From the IMG/VR virus record IMGVR_UViG_3300032093_000013: a DNA stretch of 64,000 nt, one strand, 5' to 3'. Shown one piece after another: positions 40,901-51,826 of the stretch. Position numbers and translations under genes: made by a program. The DNA comes from a virus. How positions within the stretch are numbered: position 1 is the stretch's first letter; each line of letters begins with the position of its first letter. The notes under the pieces are model-generated. The model was not told the origin of the DNA. It made no database searches and worked only from the letters and a program-made list of their open reading frames with translations.

Positions 40901-43900
40901 TAGATTTATTTACTGATTGGGGGTATTTCATTTCTCATCCACCCATCTAATAGAAAGACATTTATCCATAAACCAACGAGTAATAGCATTTGGTTTATAA
41001 GGCATATAGAACCTCAAATAACCATTTCCAATCGTATAATAACCTTCGTGTTTATTTCCTTGTTTAATTACAAAACTGGAAGTAATATTACTACCATCAC
41101 CAAAAACAGAAATTTTAGAGTAATCTAATGTATATTTGAGTGGGAAAAATCCATTCTCACGGGCATACTCAAAGTCCTCATCCTGTTTCTTACAGAACTC
41201 CTCATACCTTTTTTTCTTATACAACCAATTGTGCCCTATCCTATATTCAAGATGAGTTTTCTCAATCAGTTTCTCAATCTTCTCATCAAGTTCTTGTTGG
41301 ATTTCTTCTAATGACTTGCGTGGTTCAGGAATATCAAGATAAGGTTTGATTACATCAAAATACTCAAACTCTTCGGTGTAATAAAAAGCACCACAAATAA
41401 AAGGAAGAATACTTTGAGGTGCTCCCACAAGTTTCTTTGGATTGAGTTTGTATCCTATTTTTTCAGTCATTTTGCCCTCATAGCAGTAATCACAGCATCA
41501 CGGGCACTTTTACCTTTTGCTTTATTCATAGGAAATCCACTACTCATAAATTTCCAATCACTTTCACCATTCATTTGGAGATTGTGTGGATGAAATTGAT
41601 TGAGTAGAAATTCAAGGATTTCTGTGTCTGTTGGTTCAGTCATTTTCTTCATCGGGTAGTTTTTCATTCAAATCAATACCATCTAAAACTTTATCAGACC
41701 ATTTTAGCACATTCTCAATCAGTTTATCATTAACTTCTTTTTTCTTTTCCACAAACTTTTCAATCAGTTCATCATCAGGGTCGTTGAGGATTTGTTTTAC
41801 TGGGTCTTTTTCTTCAATCATCAGTTTGAGTTGTTTGAGATTATCATAAAGTTCTTTTTGAAAATCATAACATTCAGTCAAATGTTCTATGTTATTGTCT
41901 TCAAAGTTAGTTTCCTCACGGATTTCCCAAGACAAACCATCCATATCTGCTGCGGTTTCTGTGAGAAAGTATTCAAGTGTTTCAAGTAAATTCATTTTCT
42001 AATCACAGCAATTACTTTACGATTTGGATACTTCTCTACAATTATATCACGAGCATCCTCATAGTCAATCGCATCCTTTACGGTTTCATAATACACAGTT
42101 TTATCTGCGTCATCCCAAGTTTGAACTTCGTAAGTCATTTCTTCTCCCAATTTGCTCTCACATCTTTATAAGGTTCTGCTTTCACTCCACCATAAGTATC
42201 AAAATGAGGTTTTGGGTCATTAGGTTGAGCAGTATGAACCAACTTTGTAATATTAGGAGAAATACCAGGATTACAAGGAATGGTTTGTTGAGGAGTGAGA
42301 GAAGTATAAGGAGGAATATAAGTGAGTGGAGATTTACTCAAATACTCTTCTACAATATTACAAGACCATCCATCCTCATAGAACTGCTTACCATAGAAAA
42401 TAGCATCTTCCTTATTTGGAAAGGAAGCAACATAAGTGTCGTTGTGATAGAGTGAATAAACTTTCATTTCAGTTCCTCAATAAGTTTCATAAGAGTTTTG
42501 ACGGATACTACTTGAGATTTCTTATCAACTCGTCCAGTTCCTCTAACTTCACTATGCTCATCAATCAAATATTGAAGAACAGCAGAAGCAATTGTTTGTG
42601 GGGAAGATTGTTCCATTGAAGACCAATCCCAACTCACTTCATTCAGTGTTTCAAGTAAAGTCATAATACCTCATTATCAAAGTTGTTTAGATAGTTCCAA
42701 AACCACAACATATCATCATCACTCACATATTCCTCATACCTTTTACCATATTCACTATAATAAATGTGAGGATACATTACTCTAAACCACCAATCAAAAC
42801 ACCATCTCCACATCAATCTTCGCAACCAAAACTGTTTGAGATTATATGAAAGTTTCATTTCAATTTACTCATACAAATAGAACAGAGACAATCATCAGTT
42901 TTAGGAACTCTAAACATTATGTGATTTCCAGAGCAACAATCTCTATCACCACAATTTCTACATTCATCACAAATCCATTCTTTTTGATTACGACATTTGA
43001 CGAAATCTTCAAGAGTATAGTTTTGAAGAAGATTAGTCATTTCAGGTGTCTGTGTGTATAAGAGTATTATAGGGCATCCAGAGGCACCCAGAGCATCCCC
43101 TGTGCCAGTTCTTCAAGTGTCCTCAATAATTGTCGAAGCAACCATCATCATAAGCCTTATCATAGATTTCTTGGGCAAACTTCACAAAGGCATCAAAGTT
43201 TCCAGAATACTCCCAACCATCATTCTCATCCCAATCTTCTTCAAAATGTTCTTTTACAAGTTGTAGGATTTGTTCGTCAGTCATTTTTCAATCACAAATA
43301 CAGATTGTTGAATAAGTTGTTTTGGAAAATAGACACTACCCTTGTCAGTTTCAAAGGTAAAGTAGGTCACATCCCCAATTTTTGATAGAAGATTACAAGC
43401 ATCAAGATAATCTTGCTCATCACCTTCTTTATCAACACTCTCAAAATCAACACTCTCAAAAGTTCCTTGAGGTGTGTGTGCGATGATTTTCATCAGTCTT
43501 TTTTGAAGAGTTTGTAGATTGCGTCTGCTACTGCGAGTGCTTCTTCTTTTTCCATACAAATATGATTTACTCGTTTTTCACTTGTATTCACACCAGAAGG
43601 AAGTTCCCAATAAGAAATGGTACAACCTTCAAATCCTACATCAAGGTGAGTGTCTTCTACGGTGTACCAAAAATCAGTGTGTTCCTGAATACGAACTTGA
43701 TTAGTGATTTCAATTGTCATAAGAGGTGTCTGTGTGTATGAGAGTATTATAAGGCATCCAGAGGCATCCAGAGCATCCCCTGTGCCAGTTCTTCAAGTGT
43801 CCTACATACCCAAGAGTTTTTTGTCGGCATCACTCAAAGAAGCAAGGTCTTTCTTCAGTTGTTGAAGTTTTCGTTCCTTTGCTTTTTCTTTCTCTGCCTT

Positions 43901-46173
43901 TTCTTTCTCCAGTTGTTTCATTCTCTTATTGTATTCTTTGTCGGTTTCTTCACGATGCTTGTAAAGATAATAGGCACCATCCTCATATGGTTCGCATTCA
44001 TATTCAAGTCCCACCCAACCAGCATCTAACTCTGCTTGAAGTGCGGCAATAATACTTTCAAGTGTTCCGTCAAAATCTCCCCAGTATTGTTGAGTTTCTT
44101 TGACTTGAATGCGTTCAGTCATTTCAGTTCTCCATAAGAAAGTTGTTGAATTTCTTCTCTATTCAAAGTTTTAACATAACCACGAGGATAGTCATTATCA
44201 TAAGCATTAAAGACAAAAACAGGAATGTTTCGTTCTTTACAGATTTGTTTGAACTTGTCTTCATTCAGTTCAAACTTACCAACATACTCAACATATGGAT
44301 ACATATCCCAAGATGCTACAAGTCCTCCTGGATAATAACCCCACTCAAACTCATCAAGTTCTTGAATGATTTGTTCTACATCTTGAATGTTTTCTGGATT
44401 AGTGTAGATGCGTCCGTATCCTTTGTAATTGAAGGCAGTCATTTCAGTTGTCCTCTATCAAACGAATGTTGTTTTCAATCTCACCTCTCATATCATAAAA
44501 ATACGATTTTCCCCTATCAAGAATAAAAGTATCATAATCTTCTTGGGTTGGTTCATCTTCCATTTCCATATCCTTCCAAACTTCCAAGAAATCTTCAACA
44601 GACATATGGTATTCCAGAGGAATGTATGCGACTTTGGGAATGATGTGGTTAGTCATTTCAGTCCAATCAGTTTAGAAAATTCAGGAGTAATGGTGAGGTT
44701 TTGTTCTCTTACAAGATTACGAACTTCTTTACGAAGATTTATCCACTTTTTGTAGTAATCTTGTGATGCTTTTTCTGCTCTGTTTTTAGCATCAAAGTCG
44801 CACTGGTGTTCGTAGGTTCTACTTTCGTAGTATCTCATTTAATCGTCACAGTTTGATTTTTGATTTGGCAAAGACGGGAAAGATTATCACCCGCAGTAGC
44901 AACTTGGAAGAAGTTGTAGTTAGTCCCACACTGTTCGTTGAGTGCTTGTTGAGTTGTAATGACTTTCATAACTCCTGTGATGGGAGCAGCAAGAAGAACC
45001 AAAACAACAGTACCAACAATCAAAACAGTCCAAGCATCCATAAAATCAAAGTTGTTGCGTTTCATTTCAGTTCTGGTGTTGTTTGAGGTGAAGTTGGATA
45101 CATTCCATAACATTATCAAGAGTTAGAGCACTACCCTCATAGTAGTAATCCATATTCATTACATCTGTGACTTTGAGTTTGTAATAAAAATCTCCATCAG
45201 AAGAATACTGATGAATGATGATGTCAGTTTCGTAGTTCATCGGTTTGTTTCTTATGAAGTCATTATAAGGCAAAAGGAGCACCTGTGGGATGCTCCTGTG
45301 CCAGTTCTTCAAGTGTCCTATTTCAGTTCATCTTCCTCTTTTTGAATAGCAGAGATAGCATTTAGAAACTCCAAACCATATTTACCTACAACCCAAGCAT
45401 CTTTATCCTCAAAGAACCTAGTACCGATGGTTCTCATATCATAGCCTTCTGTGCTTTTATTGAAGAAAGCAACGACATAGCAACTATCACCAGAGTCGTG
45501 AGTATACCACTTGACGAGTTCATACTTGTTGTTGACTTTACTCCAACGAAACTCTATGTTACGAAATCTCATTCTTCTTCCTCTTCATAAGGGAACATTT
45601 CATCATACTCTTCATCAGTGAGAGTCAGATACTGAACATCAGCATCTTTGTGCTCTTCGGCATACACTAACTGATAGTGAGCAAAACTACTTTCAGAAGT
45701 GCTAGCGTACTCTATGAGTCCATCAACAATACAAAGGTAATTCATTAGAGCACCTCCCAGTGTGCATCAGATTTGTCACCGAAACGATTAGTTCCAGTTC
45801 TTGTACTAACCCAAAAAAAGTATTTACGGTTTTCTGATGCCAAGAATAACTCACCACCAGTGTCCTGCTCTACAATACAGACAGGATTGTTTCCCATGAT
45901 ATTTGCTAATCTATTCTTCGCCTTGCTGCTTTTGGGTCTTACGGTTACTCTTCTCATTTTGGATCTCCAGTTTCAGTTTGCGAATACCAGTAATAAAGTA
46001 AGCAAAATCACGGGATTCAGTCACCCGTTTTTCTTCACCACAGACACCACATTTACCATTCCAGACAGATGAACAACCGACTGAATAAACACCATAAGTT
46101 TGACCACAATCCATACAAGTGGTGCCTGCCTGCTCAAGTCGTTTGAGTAGTGCCTTCTTCTCTTTGAGAGTCA
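37992..46173 (-). CDS. array of about 35 micro-genes (34-180 aa), mostly starting MT[DENK] and translationally coupled
   Basis: Track ORFs plus manually found 39426-39605, 40344-40448, 40445-40582, 41992-42138, 43123-43284, 45569-45745. Confidence 0.7.
43043..43803. repeat. near-identical direct repeat pair of about 80 bp (43044-43122 and 43724-43802)
   Basis: aggtgtctgtgtgtatRagagtattataRggcatccagaggcaYccagagcatcccctgtgccagttcttcaagtgtcc. Confidence 0.9.
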
Positions 46174-46206
46174 TAGGGGCGTTTCGTATAATGGTATTAT
46201 AGGGCA

Positions 46207-48435
46207 TCAGGAGGCGTCTTCAACGTCCTCTGTGCCAGTTTCCAAAGTGTCCTCATCGCCAGTAAGGTCTTTAAGTCTATTCATAAAGTCTTCATCAAGT
46301 GGATAGACCTTTTCTTCACCACGATCAATCCTATCACACATCTCCATCAGATATTCTAGAAACTCTTTGGGATATGTTTCATCCATATTAATGCTGCACC
46401 AGAACCACTGATAACATTCTTCATATGGATCGTCGTTTTTCAGCAGAGCATAATCAGCATAGTTTCCACTGATGAGATCTCTCCACATCTTAAAGTTGTT
46501 CCAGATCTCTCTCCAACCAGTCTGGAAACAATGTCCGAAGTAATACTCAAACCAGTTCAGTTTTTTCTTCATCAACACTCATCCATTCCAAGATAATCAG
46601 TCTCTTTTTCATCCACTTCCTCTAAATGGTCCCATCTCCAAGTGCGGGAAAGCAAATCAATATCAAACCCAAACTTATATGCCCAGAAGAGAATACCTAA
46701 AAGACCATTACTTCCCATTGTAATCTGAAGATAAGGTGAAGAAGGATAATCATTCCAACTTACAGAAAACTGAAACAAACTCCATCGTTTAATATTAACA
46801 ACTTGAACATAAACTTCGTGTCCAAAGTCATAGCGATGCTTAAATTTAATTAGATTCATTGCTCTTTAATAACACAAGATGTAGTGCATTTAAGGTCACC
46901 AGAAGATCCAGAGACCGTAGATGTATGGTGTGGTGTTTTTTCTGGTGTCAGATTATATGATACAATAGCGGACACAAAAAACGCAAGTGCAGGGATTGCG
47001 ACATATTGTAGATAAGTTTTACTGCTCATTATTGTTTTCCTCAAAGTCAAACCATTCATACAGAGAGTTCATCGCACCATCAACCACACAATCAACCACA
47101 GCATCTTCGTGTGGGTTCTCTACGTGTTTATGGGCACGATTGTATCCATAACGGACACCTTCTTCCAGTGCCATCTCCAATACCTTACGAAAGTTAGGTT
47201 TCATATCAATAAGGAAGAGATTTCAGACCATCCAGAACTTCCTGAAAGCGTTCGGCACGACTCTTGTGGTGCTCTACATTCTCCTCAAGCACACTCACAA
47301 TATCGTCCAGGACAACATCCAGAGACGCATCAGTATCAAAGTATTGTTGGATTGCTTCGGCAAGATACCGCCGCCGACTCCATTCCATACTATAGGGTTT
47401 GTAGTCCATAATCAGAGTGTATATGCGGGTATTATAAAGGTTTTTTCAGATATTGTCAATCTCTTGTTCGCCAATCGGTTTCGTCATCATCACGTTTAAA
47501 CCAATCATGCAGTTCATCTGGGTTGTCAAAACCTCTTCTACCAAATCTTTCGTGCCCTAAACCACCAATATCCATTGAGTTTAGGAAATCATCCATTTCA
47601 TCCATATTGGGATTTTCCGCTTTACGTCTTGCCTGGCGGAGCATTGTTCCAGCAGAGCGATTTGCCTTTGCAAGTTTCTCTGCCCAGATCATATCTTCTA
47701 AACTTACTTCTTTATGAAGTACAATCTTCTCACAGATTGCTTCCAGTCTCAATCTGTACTGCGTAGAGAGCATATGTATTACCAGATGTAGTGTTATTTA
47801 TTTTTATATTCGTCCATTAACTCTTTTGCGAGTTTCATAGAACGACGCCACATTAAATATTTTACCACAGGATTACGTGGATTGTTTAACAACCACCACT
47901 TTTGTTTCTCATAGTTAGACTTTGCTAACTTAAGCACATAATAAAAGGCAGCAGCGATACTATCATCTGTTGCGATAAAGTATGCCGCTACTGCAAATAC
48001 GATAAACCAAGCATAATAAGACATCATCTAGGTCTCATAGTTTTATTATTTAACCAAGAAATTGATCTAGACTGGAGACCGATGCGCCTTTTGCGGACTT
48101 TTGAATGTAGGTTTTGGCGGACTTGTAATTGTTTGCTAGATGAACCTGCTGTCCGTTGTGAATGATAATAAACTTTTTACCAAATGGCACTGCTGCCCAC
48201 ATACCATCTTTAGTGACATAACCTTGTGGATCTGATGGTTTTGGATTTAAGATTCCTGGACGATCTACAAAAGGTTTCTGAAAGTTTTCGCTCATCCGAA
48301 TACAGCGGTCACACCAATAACTTTAGCACTTGGATTACGTGCTAGAGCAGTCCGCCTGGCATCATCATAATCACGTGCCTCGACAATCTCATCAAAGACT
48401 TTGCCAGCGACATAGAGTTGGACTTTGCAGCGCAT
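46207..48435 (-). CDS. run of small conserved hypothetical ORFs (46207-46578, 46572-46859, 46856-47032, 47019-47204, 47206-47409, 47456-47773, 47794-48027, 48050-48295, 48292-48435)
   Basis: Co-oriented packed ORFs; perfect TTGACA-17-TATAAT promoter at 47431-47459. Confidence 0.65.
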
Positions 48436-48474
48436 TAGAGTTTCTCCTGATGTGTAGGTAGTATAGCAGAAAAG

Positions 48475-49704
48475 TCAGCGCCTGACAATGCTGACGGCAA
48501 CCTCACCTTGCTTGAAGATGATGTCCACCACATTCTGGACTGCCTTCGCAGTGCCCGTAGATGCCTTGTCAAAGACCGGGCAGACCACCAGACCATAGGA
48601 TTTAGTGTAGGACGACAGGTCGCCTGCCTGAATGGCGCCAGAGCGGATTCCAGCGGCGTCTTGGGGGTGCAGACGCAGCGTCCGACCAACGGTCTGACCG
48701 ATGCCCACAACGTCCATAGAGCGCAAGAACACGACCGCTTCCAGAGCAGAAATGTTGATGCCTTCTGCCAGAATGCTGTGATGCAGGACCACAAACTTTT
48801 TGTCAGGGTCTTTGCCCCAAGCATTCAGAGTGTCAAAAAACACCTCACGATTGACCTTCTGCCCATCAATAAATGCACCGTGCTTGGCAGTAATGTGCAG
48901 CACAGAGTAACCTTGCTCGGCAATCTGGTCTGCAAAGTCAGATTCAGACAGCAGAGCAATGATGTGGCGAGTTGCCTTTGCACACACCAGAATCTTATCG
49001 ACAGGATTGTCCTGAATGATTTGCATCAGATACTCACAGTCCCGTTGAGCAATATCCTCACCCTTGACGGACAGACGCATTGGAGCAGTAATCACTTTGG
49101 GAGGAATGATATAGCCACCCTGTACCAATTCAGGAGCAGGAACTTTGGCGATGATATTACCGTAGACAGCAACATCATTCATACCAGGTTTGGCAACGGT
49201 GGCAGAATACTTGGGAGTTGCAGTAAAGAAGTAGCAACGCTTTGCTTCAGCAGCAAAATGCTCTACAGCAGGAAAGAAGTGACGTTGAACGCTATTGTGT
49301 GCCTCATCAAAGTAAATCGTATCCACCTCAATATCTGCCTTTGCAAGTTGCTGCAGAGAATTGTAAGTGGTGAAAATCAGTTTGTGACCTTGAGTTTGCT
49401 CATACCAAGTGCGAATCGCATTGGGACGAGTGCTGCTGAAGTGATGAGTCTCACCACTGTGAATGTGCATCACAGAAGCATTAGTGATAAACTCAAGGTA
49501 TTCAGCAGACAACTGCTCTGCCAGGAGGATGCGCGGCGCCGTCACTACAATAGTCTTGGGGGTGCTAGACTGAAACACACGAATAGCATCAAAAATGCCC
49601 ACGTTGGTCTTACCACCACCGGTAGGAAACACACAGATACCTTTGAGATGCTGTGCCAGAGCATCCAGAGCAACTTGTTGGTGAGGGCGAAGTTGGTACA
49701 TCAT
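48475..49704 (-). CDS. superfamily 2 DExH helicase (ResIII-like)
   Basis: LRPHQ, PTGGGKT, DEAH, TATP, LAEGINI, QTVGRTLR. Confidence 0.9.
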   Translation of the reverse strand: MMYQLRPHQQVALDALAQHLKGICVFPTGGGKTNVGIFDAIRVFQSSTPKTIVVTAPRILLAEQLSAEYLEFITNASVMHIHSGETHHFSSTRPNAIRTWYEQTQGHKLIFTTYNSLQQLAKADIEVDTIYFDEAHNSVQRHFFPAVEHFAAEAKRCYFFTATPKYSATVAKPGMNDVAVYGNIIAKVPAPELVQGGYIIPPKVITAPMRLSVKGEDIAQRDCEYLMQIIQDNPVDKILVCAKATRHIIALLSESDFADQIAEQGYSVLHITAKHGAFIDGQKVNREVFFDTLNAWGKDPDKKFVVLHHSILAEGINISALEAVVFLRSMDVVGIGQTVGRTLRLHPQDAAGIRSGAIQAGDLSSYTKSYGLVVCPVFDKASTGTAKAVQNVVDIIFKQGEVAVSIVRR

Positions 49705-49734
49705 CTCTCAATTCAATACACATATTATAGCAGC

Positions 49735-49758
49735 AAAAAAGGGGTCTTGCGACCCCCC
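49735..49758 (-). terminator. intrinsic terminator embedded in the promoter element
   Basis: GGGGTC-GCAA-GACCCC then T6, downstream of the tail fibre gene. Confidence 0.75.
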
Positions 49759-49793
49759 TGTGCCAGTTTGTCAAGTGTCTTAAGTATCAAGAC

Positions 49794-51809
49794 TTATGGA
49801 ATTGTAGCGATACCACACCAACCAATTCCATTATAAACTTCTAATCTCTTGTTAGTTGTATTATAAATCAAACCACCTTCTACAATTGATAATGAATTTC
49901 TCTGCGTTGTTGTGACTTTAGGTGGAATCATAAATTGGAATATACTTCCAAGAGTTGGAACATTATACCCAGCAGCACTAAAATCAGCAAAAGAACTTGG
50001 AGTCGTTGTTCCAACTCCAACACCCTGAAAATAACCAACACCACGAGCAGCATCAACACTTACATCGTATGCAAGACTTGGTGCATAAGTGAATACATTT
50101 GTTCCAACTCCAATGCCACCAAGTGAATTGACTATGAATGCAGTAGTGCCGGCATTAACTATAAGAGGATAAGTTGAAGATGCAGATGTTTGAATGCCAA
50201 TGTTTCCAGTAGTAGTAATCGTTGTAAATCCTACTGAAGAATTTACTTGAATACGATTAAATGTTGAAATGCCTGTTGTTGCATTTACGTTGTTATTTAA
50301 AGATCCCGTAAGAGACAGTGTAGTTGTAATAAGATTATTTGCTGTTAAAACTCCACCAACAGTTAAGTTTCCGGAAACTCCAAGATTTCCACCAACAAAA
50401 GAATTTCCAGTTACTGTTGACGTTCCAACTACGTGTAGAGTGTTAGATGGAATGGTAATTCCAATTCCAAGAGAACCTCCATAAGTCAAAGTCATTAATG
50501 GAGTATTAGCATTTTGCCCATAAATCCAATTAAATGCACCAGTTCCGACACCAGAAGAACCTAGATTCAAGTAATTATTTACATTTCCAAGAGCATAATT
50601 GATAATATCTAAAGAAGACTGTGTGCTATATCCTTGACTTACGTTAGTATTTCCAAATCTTAATACCCCATTGGAAGTTTGTAGTGAATTGCTTCTTCCA
50701 ATAGAAATAAGTGCGGATTGAGTATCACTTGTAACTAGAATTGATGCAGCAGTTGCATTTCTAATTTGCAAATCACCAATTGGATTAGTTGTTCCAATTC
50801 CAATACTTGTTTGGGCAACTAGATTTGTGGTTGTTGTAAGTCCTGATACACCAAGAGTAGTGGCAGTTATGATTCCACTTGCATTTAAATTGGCAGCCGT
50901 TATATTTCCAACAGTAATACTTGGGGTCCCTGTTAGTGATTGTGCCGTGCTTGCAGTTCCAGTTACATTCCCAACAAATCCGCCAGCGGCAGTTACGATC
51001 CCAGAAACGCTGATGCTTTGAGGTAATCTAGGATTGGATAAAGTGCCCGAAGAAATATTTGAAGCATTGATTCCAGAAATATCTGTTCCAAATCCGGCAA
51101 AACTGTACGCTGTTACGATTCCAGAAACACTAATGCTTTGAGGTAATCTAGGGTTGGATAAAGTGCCTGAAGAAATATTTGAAGCATTAATTTGAGTGAT
51201 GTTTGACCCAATTCCATCAAAACTTGCAGCAGTTACAACTCCAGAAACATTGATGTTTTGGGGTAATCTAGGATTGGATAAAGTTCCTGAAGAAATGTTA
51301 GAGGCATTAATCTGAGTAATATCTGACCCAATTCCAGCAAAACTTGCAGCAGTTATGATTCCTGTATATGTTGCATTTCCATTATTATTGATCGTGACTG
51401 CAACACCAACCTGTAAAGTTCCTGTTGGATTGGTTGTCGCCACACCAACACTTGATGTTGTAGAAATAGTGCCTGCAGAAACATACCAACCATCAACAGC
51501 AATTGCATAAATGTTTGTTAGTCCCGCAGCATCTCCATAAAAAGTTGTTGCAGTTACGACTCCAGAAGCATTTATATTTGACGCAGTTAAAAATCCAACG
51601 GTGCTAACACCAGTAACATTCAAGTCACCAATTTTTGCACTCGTTGCAGTAACTAGTCCAATAACTCTAGTATCACCATAAACATTTAAAAGATAAGATT
51701 CTGGAATTGTTGTTCCAATTCCAACCAAGCCATTCGCATTTACAACGAAATTATCTTCGTCAACTTGGACTCCATTTCTAAAATTAAATGACTTCTTATA
51801 ATTTGCCAT
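49794..51809 (-). CDS. tail fibre-like structural protein
   Basis: VGIGTT repeats; three 40-aa tandem repeats; C-terminal IYNTTNKRLEVYNG; late-like promoter CATAAATA at 51824-51831. Confidence 0.7.
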   Translation of the reverse strand: MANYKKSFNFRNGVQVDEDNFVVNANGLVGIGTTIPESYLLNVYGDTRVIGLVTATSAKIGDLNVTGVSTVGFLTASNINASGVVTATTFYGDAAGLTNIYAIAVDGWYVSAGTISTTSSVGVATTNPTGTLQVGVAVTINNNGNATYTGIITAASFAGIGSDITQINASNISSGTLSNPRLPQNINVSGVVTAASFDGIGSNITQINASNISSGTLSNPRLPQSISVSGIVTAYSFAGFGTDISGINASNISSGTLSNPRLPQSISVSGIVTAAGGFVGNVTGTASTAQSLTGTPSITVGNITAANLNASGIITATTLGVSGLTTTTNLVAQTSIGIGTTNPIGDLQIRNATAASILVTSDTQSALISIGRSNSLQTSNGVLRFGNTNVSQGYSTQSSLDIINYALGNVNNYLNLGSSGVGTGAFNWIYGQNANTPLMTLTYGGSLGIGITIPSNTLHVVGTSTVTGNSFVGGNLGVSGNLTVGGVLTANNLITTTLSLTGSLNNNVNATTGISTFNRIQVNSSVGFTTITTTGNIGIQTSASSTYPLIVNAGTTAFIVNSLGGIGVGTNVFTYAPSLAYDVSVDAARGVGYFQGVGVGTTTPSSFADFSAAGYNVPTLGSIFQFMIPPKVTTTQRNSLSIVEGGLIYNTTNKRLEVYNGIGWCGIATIP

Positions 51810-51826
51810 TTTAGATTTTTAACTAT

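Larger units (their letters stand above)
20484..49781 (-). repeat. dispersed family of 18 palindrome+promoter elements (GTGCCA-N10-TGKCMY, 30-31 nt upstream of -10)
   Basis: Palindrome starts on + strand: 20521, 21206, 22157, 22643, 23203, 23430, 26493, 27809, 30487, 31172, 36341, 38419, 39862, 43102, 43782, 45298, 46232, 49760. Confidence 0.9.

Noticed and set aside
37992-46173. Stop-codon reassignment as the cause of the many short ORFs
   Set aside because: Long genes read normally in code 11, neighbouring short ORFs are in different frames with their own starts, and no suppressor tRNA is seen
20521-49781. TGGCAC read as a sigma54 -24 box, or the dyad as an NtcA/CRP site
   Set aside because: No consistent -12 TTGC; cyanobacteria lack sigma54; half-sites and spacing do not match GTA-N8-TAC or TGTGA-N6-TCACA
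48508-49836. 442-aa plus-strand ORF
   Set aside because: Antisense shadow of the GC-richer helicase gene; no motifs or promoter
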